Below are positions 1-8,351 of a stretch of 64,000 nucleotides of DNA, one piece after another. The translations under genes and the position numbers were made by a program. Within the stretch, counting starts at the first letter, position 1, and every line of letters starts with the position of its first letter. The notes below the pieces were generated by a model. It worked only from the letters and a program-made list of their open reading frames with translations. It ran no database searches and was not told the origin of the DNA. Origin of the DNA: Piedraia hortae CBS 480.64 (taxonomy: Eukaryota); NCBI GenBank assembly GCA_010093745.1, contig MU005964.1, positions 62,001 through 126,000 on the forward strand, read 5' to 3'.

Positions 1-133
1 CTTTTTTCTCTTCTTCCCTACTTCACCCACGCCCCAGCCGCGTCACCACAGTCCTTTACAAAATTCCACACACTCCTTTGATCCACTAGCTGGGCTAGGA
101 TCTGCACACTCTCTTTCTTCATTCCACAACAAC

Positions 134-1321
134 ATGACGAAGCTTACCCTCGTTGCCGCGCTCTTCGGAGCTGCCACTGCCCACATGATCATGAAGACGC
201 CTGTTCCCTTTGGCGTTGACACGCTCAACAACAGCCCGTTGGTTGACGCCGCCATTGGCTCCAGCGGCTCCGACTATCCCTGCAAGCTGCGTACGGGCGT
301 CTATGACATCTCTACCATGAACAACATGACGGTCGGCGAGAACCAGGTTCTGTCCTTTACCGGCTCTGCGAGCCACGGTGGAGGCACCTGTATGCTGGCC
401 TACACCACTGACAAGGAGCCCGATGCCAAGACTCAGTTCAAGCTTTTCCAGACGTTCCAGGGTGGATGTCCCATTCAGGCCGACGGCAACGACGGCTCCA
501 AACCCTTCAACTTCAAGCTTCCTGAGGGTACCCCCAATGGACGTCTCACCATGGCCTGGATCTGGTACAACCGCATCGGCAACCGCGAAATTTACATGAA
601 CTGCGCCCCCCTCGAGGTCACTGGCGGCTCTGACAACATGGACTTTTACAACTCGCTGCCCAATGCTTACATTATCAACTTGCCGACGTCTGAATGCACC
701 AGCATTGAGGGCTCGAACCTGGAGATCCCCTTCCCTGGACAGTATATCGAGAAGGACAACACTAGTCCGGCTGCGGCTGCTTCTGGATCGGGATGCGCCA
801 AACTCGCCGCAGCCATGACCCAGGGCGTCTCCGGTTACCATGGCGGCTCTGGCGGCTCTGGCAGCGCTGGCGGCTCCTCTGCTGCCAGCTACGGCTCGGC
901 CCCAACCTCGTCTGCTGCTGGTAGCTACGCCCCGGCCCCGACATCCTCCGCCGGCAGCTACAATCAGCCCTCTTCTGCCAGCAAGTCTGGTTTCACGACG
1001 GTCCCCAGCAAAGCTCCAGCTTACACTGCGTCCAGTTACGCACCCGCCATGCCCTCTGCTGCACCTTCTGCAGCGCCCAATGGCGGCAGCGGCTCTGGCA
1101 ACTCCACCAACACAGGCAGCTGCAAAGGCGCCAAGGACGGGACTATTGTCTGCAACGGCAAGGACCAGTTTGGTCTGTGCAATGGCGGCAGCGTTGCCTG
1201 GCAGCCTGTTTCGCCCGGCACTTCGTGCAACAACGGAATTATTCAGAAGAGGGGCGATGTCCGTCACGCCCACCCACACGGAAGGGCTCACTGGCACAAG
1301 ATGGGCGTTGCGCAGTCTTAG
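134..1321 (+). CDS. AA11 lytic polysaccharide monooxygenase (chitin-type), secreted, with S/A/P/G linker and C-terminal Cys-rich X278-like module
   Basis: Signal peptide MTKLTLVAALFGAATA is followed directly by His1 (HMIMKTP). AA11 motifs SHGGGTC and WIWYNRIGNREIYMNCA are present. A low-complexity linker precedes a four-Cys module (CKGAKDGTIVC...FGLC...GTSC). Intronless. Confidence 0.93.
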   Translation: MTKLTLVAALFGAATAHMIMKTPVPFGVDTLNNSPLVDAAIGSSGSDYPCKLRTGVYDISTMNNMTVGENQVLSFTGSASHGGGTCMLAYTTDKEPDAKTQFKLFQTFQGGCPIQADGNDGSKPFNFKLPEGTPNGRLTMAWIWYNRIGNREIYMNCAPLEVTGGSDNMDFYNSLPNAYIINLPTSECTSIEGSNLEIPFPGQYIEKDNTSPAAAASGSGCAKLAAAMTQGVSGYHGGSGGSGSAGGSSAASYGSAPTSSAAGSYAPAPTSSAGSYNQPSSASKSGFTTVPSKAPAYTASSYAPAMPSAAPSAAPNGGSGSGNSTNTGSCKGAKDGTIVCNGKDQFGLCNGGSVAWQPVSPGTSCNNGIIQKRGDVRHAHPHGRAHWHKMGVAQS

Positions 1322-1462
1322 ACGCATGTAGAATGAACATGTTACATATTAGGCGTTAAAAGTCAATCGGGCAACCGGTGTATGGAGTATCGTAGTTTGG
1401 TGGATACAAAGACATGAACATTATCATCATCATCATCATCAATCATCATCGTCATTTCTCTT

Positions 1463-1948
1463 CTATTGACCCTGCTTTAGGATTCCCTCGATGTGCAGCC
1501 GCGAGTTCTTTGCAGTCTGGTCTAAGTAATGCATCTTCTTCTCCAAGTCTTTGATTTCTCTCGTTACCGTCTCCCCTTCCTTTTCCTGTCTAGCCGTTAC
1601 GTCTGGAATGGATGTCTGTACGAACCTGATTGTATTGTCAGTTCGGCCATCAGCTAATAACCCAGCCGAGAGTGTCCGCCCTACTCCCAACACAATGAAA
1701 CTTACATCTTCCCCACCCCCTCCCAAACCCCCGTCCCCTTTGGAAGAGAATTCAATTCCTTTTGCGAGAGTTGAAGAACGCGCTCCTCGCGTTTCTTCGA
1801 ACCGAGTTGTCCGCGCACTAGGGAGAGTTGTTGTTCTGCAAAGATCGCTTTTGATGAGATTTCTTCCAACAGCTACGGAAAGGGTTAGAGGGGTTTGATT
1901 GATCTGACGGAGACTTGCTTGTTGAAGTTTGGTGTTGGGAATTGACAT
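1463..1948 (-). CDS. PFD1: Prefoldin subunit 1 (3 exons: 1948-1919, 1872-1706, 1625-1463)
   Basis: Spliced product MSIPNTKLQQLLEEISSKAIFAEQQLSLVRGQ...VWEGVGKMFVQT...LEKKMHYLDQTAKNS matches beta-type prefoldin subunit 1. Intron 1 is GCAAGT..CTAAC..TAG; intron 2 is GTAAGT..CTGAC..CAG. Confidence 0.9.
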   Translation of the reverse strand: MSIPNTKLQQASLRQINQTPLTLSVAVGRNLIKSDLCRTTTLPSARTTRFEETRGARSSTLAKGIEFSSKGDGGLGGGGEDVSFIVLGVGRTLSAGLLADGRTDNTIRFVQTSIPDVTARQEKEGETVTREIKDLEKKMHYLDQTAKNSRLHIEGILKQGQ

Positions 1949-2340
1949 TGTAGAAGTTGTTGGTGGAGTGAGCCGTTAGCGCGTAGAACACTGTTATACG
2001 CGGGGATGCGCATGCGACGTGACCCCTGTTGGAGCTGTACGTAACGTAGTCACTCACGGACCAACACGATACAGCCGTTTTCAACGTCTAACGAGGCTAC
2101 GCACTGGATGCAGCATTTTTCTCGTAAATATATGCATTGGAACGCCGCCGCTGCCTCAAACAGAGGACGTAAAGCTATCTGCACCGCTTCCCACTGGTAA
2201 TATTGGGCATGCAGGCCAATCCGTTGTAGGTATACAGCCATGTCGATCAAGGCCTCAACAGGGGCCATGATCGACAGGGCCAAACATGAATTTTTCCGGC
2301 CACCCCAACAAGTTGTTCTGTCGGCATCAACCACCGTACC

Positions 2341-3624
2341 ATGAGTGCAACAATCCAATTCCTCTCCCCTGGCGGAACCGCACCCGATGCTCAAGTAACA
2401 ATCCCAACCAAGCCGCAGGACACATACTCTCGACTACGAAAACGAGCCTTTCGGAGACTCGGACGCGAACACCCGGGGATACGCTCCCAAGTCTCGAAGT
2501 CAGGATATGGCCCGCTGCTCGCGGCAGACAAGCAGCCCATGGATCCTACACAGAAACCCGACAACCATGGAAGTGCGGTGCAACACTTCTGCCTCCAGCG
2601 GAAGGAAAATCAGTCGTCTGGCAAGTTGAAGCGACCCTCCCGCGCCCTACAACCAGTAAAAAACCAGAACTTATACCAGCAGCAGGGCGTAGCTCCATTG
2701 CCCAATGCAAAGCGTCCAGCTCTAGTCACCCCAGCGCCACGACCAGAAAAGACGCAAAAACTTGGTCCCTTTCTCGTGCGACGTCAGCAGGGGTCGCAGC
2801 TTACCTCCACGCCAAAGCCAAGCAGCAGCAGCAGCAAACCATGGACCGGCGACGAAGTGAAGAACCTCATCGCCGGCATGAGCGAGGGCATGAACATGGC
2901 ACAGACACTGAAGCGGTACGGGATCAACCGGTCCGAGGGCGCTGCGAGAGCCCAAAAGAGACAGCTTATCGCTAGGGGCATGTGGCCTGCACAGAGTACA
3001 TCACAACCAAAGAAAACACCCCAATCACAAGAGGTGATAGACTGGGAGGAAATCAGCTCCCAGTTTCCAGCTGATGAGGATATTGTCTTCACGGAAGATG
3101 AGACTACGCAGACTCCTATGCCGGTTACACTTCCCACAAAGACTCCAGCACCGACGCTGCCTCCGAATCAGACTCCAGCATCGACCCTGCCACCTACCCA
3201 GACCCCAATATCCATACAGCGACAAACACCGCTCTCCAACCCGCAGCCCTCATTACCGCGAAGCGTCCCTCCTACCCAGACATTCATCACGGAGTTCTCG
3301 CAGAGTCTACCTCCCTCCTCCCACCCGCGAAACATTCCTACTCAGCACGAAACCCCGACTTCCGCACAACGGGCACAAGAAATTCTTACGCCATTCTCCC
3401 ACTTCCAGTCCTCTCCACCGGTGCATACACCCTGCTGTGGCGCAATCGAAACACAGCTGAAGCGGGTGGCAGACGGGCTGGAAAGGCTCGTAGCATTGCA
3501 CTCCTCCGGAAACTCACCATCGCAAAATAATCAGGAAAGGATGACTGCACCGGCCCCCTCCGGTACACCCAAAAAGACCCGCCGCGGAGGGCGCAAAAGA
3601 CGCAAAACTTCAAAAGCCGCATGA
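2341..3624 (+). CDS. Hypothetical nuclear protein with a Myb/SANT-like segment, P/T/Q-rich region and basic C-terminus
   Basis: 427-aa ATG ORF. WTGDEVKNLIAGM...GINRSEGAARAQ resembles a single Myb-like repeat. C-terminal KKTRRGGRKRRK is NLS-like. Confidence 0.6.
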   Translation: MSATIQFLSPGGTAPDAQVTIPTKPQDTYSRLRKRAFRRLGREHPGIRSQVSKSGYGPLLAADKQPMDPTQKPDNHGSAVQHFCLQRKENQSSGKLKRPSRALQPVKNQNLYQQQGVAPLPNAKRPALVTPAPRPEKTQKLGPFLVRRQQGSQLTSTPKPSSSSSKPWTGDEVKNLIAGMSEGMNMAQTLKRYGINRSEGAARAQKRQLIARGMWPAQSTSQPKKTPQSQEVIDWEEISSQFPADEDIVFTEDETTQTPMPVTLPTKTPAPTLPPNQTPASTLPPTQTPISIQRQTPLSNPQPSLPRSVPPTQTFITEFSQSLPPSSHPRNIPTQHETPTSAQRAQEILTPFSHFQSSPPVHTPCCGAIETQLKRVADGLERLVALHSSGNSPSQNNQERMTAPAPSGTPKKTRRGGRKRRKTSKAA

Positions 3625-3634
3625 ACTTATAGCC

Positions 3635-3653
3635 AAAAAAAAAAAAAAAAAAA
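3635..3653. repeat. A19 homopolymer between two convergent stop codons
   Basis: 19 consecutive A at 3635-3653. Confidence 0.95.
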
Positions 3654-4636
3654 CTAAATAATCTTCCCCTTCCGTCTCACAACTCTCGGCACGTTCCAGA
3701 ACCGTGGCCAAACAAGTTCAACCCGATCCTCCTCTCCATTAAGACAGTACCTCAACCAAATCCCCCATGTAATGTAACTGCTTTCGCGTTAGCGAGTCTG
3801 CCTTCCCCTCGGGGTCGTCGGGGAGGGTGGGGGGGAAGGGTGTGCACGTACTAATAAGCCCCAAGACCAGTCATGAGATGCCACCACCCGTGCCCTTCTA
3901 GCAAAAAGCCCCAGGGCATACCAACCTCATGCCTCCACTTCCTCAGGTTTGAACAATAAATATTATCCAAACTCCACACCCCAAACCCACCCAGAAAGAC
4001 CGCCAATCCGCTCGCGACGAGGGTCCACATCCGCGTGATAACTCCCCTCCCCCCGCAGGGTCGGATCTGGATTTCCATTGCGATTATACTCCTCCCTAGT
4101 ACGAGGGCGGTGAGGAGGGCATACGCCGTCTGGTGGAATTTTGGTTCCTGGAGGTAGTGGTAATATGCTGTTATGAAGACTGCGAGGGCGGAGACGGCTA
4201 GGCCGAGGAGGGTTTGTGCGGGAACAGAGCGGTTATGGCCGTATGTGGCCCAGAACATGAGACAGGTTGTGTAGATCATGCTGAGCTCGTCGACGAGTTG
4301 CATTGGGTATTTGAGTGTGCTATGGAAGGCGAGACTGCCGAGCCCCACGATGAGGTAGCCGATGAAGGCGAGGGTGAAAATTACGTCGTGGGTTTGGGTG
4401 TGACAGTTGTATAGGCCATAAAGGCCGAGGTAGAGGAAGAGGAGGTTCGTGAGGCTGTTGATGATTTCGGCGGAGTATGGGGTTAGGTAGTAGTTCTTTT
4501 GGGAGGGTTAGGTGGTGGGGGTTTAGAGGGAGGGGGGCGTTACTTCTTCACACCAGTCCAAGGTTGAGGTTATGGGGGCCCAGAAACCGTTTTCCCGTGC
4601 GGGAGGATAGGCGATTGAGGGGAGCCATGGTGGCAT
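3654..4636 (-). CDS. Alkaline ceramidase (Ypc1/Ydc1 family; exons 4636-4544, 4495-3852, 3777-3654)
   Basis: Motifs GFWAPITSTLDWCEE/NYY...AEIINSLTN, GLGSLAFHSTLKYPMQLVDELSMIY and LEGHGWWH. Introns at 4543-4496 and 3851-3778 have GT..CTAAC..AG. Confidence 0.93.
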
Positions 4637-5184
4637 TTTTGTTGCGATGTGGTGTGCGGTTGCGTGGGCGAAGAGTTGGGTAACATGTGATTGTGACGCA
4701 TGTCAGATGCAGGGTCGGAGGTTGGAGGTTGGCTATAAATATGACTGACAGTCCTCAAATCAGGCAGCGAGTTGTGCGCAAGTGGACAAGCCAGTGAGAA
4801 TGTGTGGAACCTCTGCGTGAAACGCTTTCAGAATTGTACAGTATGAGAATTGAATCACAAGAGAACTGAACGGGAGATCATTTGTTCGCAAGGGAAGGGT
4901 ATTGCTGTTGCTATGAACATTAAGACCACAAAGTGTTTGATCCGTGGTCAGTGATTGTCGTTCCCTAAGGAACCAATCCCACCCCTCCTGAGCTCCCCAA
5001 GTCCTCTATGATCACATCATCCTGCGTTTTTTCCAAAGGCCGATAAGGCGATCATTCATGGCCATGATTCTAGTGCGATTTTGCTTCCACACTCTACCAC
5101 TCAAGCTGCAAAACGAACATGATCTTCTCCCATTTGCTAAGGAAGCACCCTGCATCCACCGTAAGGACAGTGGCAACTTGTGCC

Positions 5185-5410
5185 TTAAAACCTTGTAGAA
5201 GCCAATGGTGAAAACACTTTGGATACATAAATGTAGACCTCGTGGTAAACGGTGAAAGTACGGCAGATTCTCTGGAAGAACTTGTGGATCGTACTTCCAG
5301 AAACAGAGCTCAGGGCGTCACGCACGTTCTCCAGAAGGTTGCGAGTGGAGTAATCGCAGTCATCTCGAAAGTACTTCTTGGCTGCTCCCCAATAGAATAC
5401 CATTTCATCC
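5185..5410 (-). mobile_element. Remnant of the C-terminus of a Tc1/mariner-like DDE transposase
   Basis: FYWGAAKKYFRDDCDYSTRNLLENVRDALSSVSGSTIHKFFQR resembles the YWGAAKRYxRENCDYS..L...V..AL.SVS..I..F segment that follows the last catalytic residue in fungal transposase-like proteins. The rest of ORF 5185-5880 is not recognisable. Confidence 0.55.
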
Positions 5411-7198
5411 TGCGTCCAGTGCAGGCGCTTCGCATTCCAGAGTATGCGGAGCGTTCGGTCCTGCTGCGCTGCTCTTTTCTTAGCCACCTTCTTGGTGAGC
5501 CGCATCGTTTTAAGGGTCGCACAGGCATACTTGGAAGCAGTTCGTTGCTTGATGATATGGTCGGATCTCCCATATGAAAGTGCTCCGCGAAAAAATGTAC
5601 ACTGTGTCATGGGCTGCCAGATTCTTAGCCTGATGTACCGCAGAACGGTCCCGTACCGCTCTTGGGTCTGGCCCTTCAACTTTTGAAATGGTACCGATCG
5701 GCTGAACGATGTGAGGTCCTTTTCAGCCGCCTGCATTGCCTCTATGATATCTAGACGTTGGAAACCATTCAAAGGCTCCGATATTGTCTTATATACAGAG
5801 CCTTCAACCCAACAGTCTTTAGTTGGAAACAAAGATGGTTCTGCGAAACTGGCAGCTAGTTCGTCTTTAGGATCTATCATGCTTGGTGTCGATTACGATT
5901 TTTATGTCCAGGGATTTAGACTCTGGACTGCCGAATAGACTGCCGAATAGCGAGAGAACAGATGCGGTTATTAAGTGCTCCAGAACCTCGCACTACAATC
6001 GTCCGTTAGCCACTTGTTTCGCCAGCACCCGTAACGAGGCGCAGACTGTTGCAGGGAGTTATGCTTTGGTTGCCCTCAACTCGTTTCTTGAACGAGGTAA
6101 AGACATCGTCCAAATTCAATGTCTGATCAGATGGGAACACCGTCATCAGAGCATTTACATAGTCTTTAGTCTCGTCAGATTATGTGGCCATGCCCTCAGA
6201 GTGAATGATCCATGATACGTTTGCTTCAGCAGGTGTGTCACCTTCCTATGCTTGAGTTGTTAATCTTGTGGGATCAATGCAGGCATCTTCTCGCAAACTC
6301 CGCATCGGTGATGGTATCGGGAGCTCGCAGCCTTCCTCGTGAGACGGCCGTACTCGATGGTGGTCGTTTCTTCGAACGTTCTTTCATCGTGAGTAAGCGG
6401 GATTGCCGACTTCTGACGAGCAGGCAACTCCGAAAGATTTATCACACTCTGCTCGACCCTCACGCAACCCTTGGCGAAGCAGCAAGAGTGACTGACACTT
6501 GCAAGAGTGCAATGAGCCTTTCATGTGACTGATTTATGTTGCACTCTAAGTTGCTTTTATAACGAAGCATAATAAGATGGATGACGGTTGTGGCTTACAA
6601 ACATCTTTTGTGTAGCTAGCAGGAAGCAGAATGTTTCCAGCTACACCTTTTACCAAGTTCCCAAACCATGCCTGGAAGTAGCATCCCATGAAGGAAATTT
6701 TGAACGAGGTGCGCATTGGGCAGTTAGTGTATCCCCACTTCTAAGTAGCCGTCAATGCTGGACTCATCATGATTCATCGTCAAGAAGTGGAAAGTTGATG
6801 CAGAGGTGTGGTGTGTGGAATGAAGAATCCAGGGTGACCAGCTCCCGGTGGGCCAGCTTGGCGGTACGAATCCGCACTAGCGCGCTCCTGGCGGGACCAA
6901 TGCAAGGGGCACGCAGGGCCACGTCATGACAGCTGCACATCGAAACCCTGACCTGTATCAAGTTAGTGTAACGCCCAATCTGATTGGAGACCCTCCCGTC
7001 ACAATACCATCATGTAGCCAATCAGAGAGCAACAGTCAACCCAAAAATAGATGACAAATAACACCATAGCTAAACAGCCGTCGGCGGTTGCGTTTTGAGC
7101 GCCATGTGCACCTTTGGTTTCTTTTCCCAATTTCCACCACATTCCTTTTCCTCAACCTGACTGAAAAAAAATTTCACACTCGTTTCTAAAACCCAACA

Positions 7199-8254
7199 AT
7201 GCGTTGCTTTACTCCTGCGTTCGTCCTTTCCGCAGCGGCCGCTGTCTCAGCCGCCGACTGCAACCCAACAAAGGCCTCATGTCCGGCCATCGCGGGCTTC
7301 ACGGGCCCGTATTCGGTCGACTTCTCAAACAACAAGGCCCTCAGCTCAAGTGACTGGATCGTGGCCGCGTACGAGGATCCGTTTGTGAAGCCGTCGGCTC
7401 AAGGCCTGCAGTTCCAGTTGACCAACTACACCGATGCGCCCAATATCTGGACCTCAAAGTACTTCTTGTATGGGACGGTGTCGGTGGTGATGAAGTCTGC
7501 GCCGGGCAAGGGCGTCATCAGCTCCGCCGTGCTCATGTCGGATACGCTAGATGAGATTGACTGGGAATTTTCGGGCAACAACTTTGGCAAGAACGTGCCT
7601 ACGGTGCAGACCAACTACTACGGCAAGGGAATCGTTGGCAGCTACGACCGCGGGACCTTGCCCACCGTCAACGGCGAAATGACGACTGCCTTCAAGAACT
7701 ACACTCTTGTCTGGAAGGCGGATAGCCTAACGTGGATGATCGACAACAAGGTCGTCCGTACGCTAAAGCGTTCCGACACTGGCGACCGTGAACACCAGTA
7801 CCCGCAGACGCCAGCGCGGTTCCACCTCGGTGCGTGGGACGGCGGCTCGCCCACGTCCCCGGACGGAACAGCCACATGGGCCGGCGGCCGGACCGATATC
7901 CACGGCTTCCCCTACAGCTCCTACGTGCGCAGCGTCTCAATCATCCCAGACAAGCACTGCGCGCAGTACAGCTACAGTGACAAGTCTGGCAGCGAGGGTA
8001 GCGTTAAGTGCATCGCCAGTGGCGGCAGCGGTAGTAGCAGCTGTCCCACAGCCCCATCACCTCTGTTGCCAAACACAGCAGCACACTGCGACAAGTACTA
8101 CAGGGTCAAGGCAGGTGATACATGCAGTTCCATTTCCTCTAGTCAGGGCATCACGACCGCGAACCTGAACAAGTGGAACCCATCCGTAAACTCGGACTGC
8201 ACGAACCTCTGGGCGAATTACTATGTCTGCGTCTCGCAGCCAAAGACGTGCTAA
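7199..8254 (+). CDS. Secreted GH16 Crh-type chitin/glucan transglycosylase with C-terminal LysM domain
   Basis: Signal peptide; Crh-like N-terminal CNPTKASCP; catalytic DEIDWE; YPQTPARFHLGAWDGG. The C-terminus is a fungal-type LysM (CDKYYRVKAGDTCSSI...NLNKWNPSVNSDCTNLWANYYVCV). No S/T-rich stalk and no GPI signal. Confidence 0.92.
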   Translation: MRCFTPAFVLSAAAAVSAADCNPTKASCPAIAGFTGPYSVDFSNNKALSSSDWIVAAYEDPFVKPSAQGLQFQLTNYTDAPNIWTSKYFLYGTVSVVMKSAPGKGVISSAVLMSDTLDEIDWEFSGNNFGKNVPTVQTNYYGKGIVGSYDRGTLPTVNGEMTTAFKNYTLVWKADSLTWMIDNKVVRTLKRSDTGDREHQYPQTPARFHLGAWDGGSPTSPDGTATWAGGRTDIHGFPYSSYVRSVSIIPDKHCAQYSYSDKSGSEGSVKCIASGGSGSSSCPTAPSPLLPNTAAHCDKYYRVKAGDTCSSISSSQGITTANLNKWNPSVNSDCTNLWANYYVCVSQPKTC

Positions 8255-8351
8255 GTTAGAGAGATGTACCTTGATGAAATTAAAAAACTACACACTCTAC
8301 ATTTAGATCCGAGACCTTACGGGTATCTTTTCACAAATCAAATGAACACTT

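Noticed and set aside
119..1327. 402-aa antisense ORF covering the LPMO
   Set aside because: Shadow of strong codon bias in the sense gene; no recognisable motifs.
1423..1456. Imperfect (ATC)n tract between the LPMO and prefoldin genes
   Set aside because: Ordinary microsatellite in a 3' intergenic region.
5926..5950. Direct repeat GACTGCCGAATA x2
   Set aside because: A single short tandem duplication; no array or spacer structure.
6000..6460. Minus-strand fragment faintly like an LTR gag (DYVNALMTVFPSDQTLNLDDVFTSF)
   Set aside because: Too short and interrupted, with no LTR or pol motifs.
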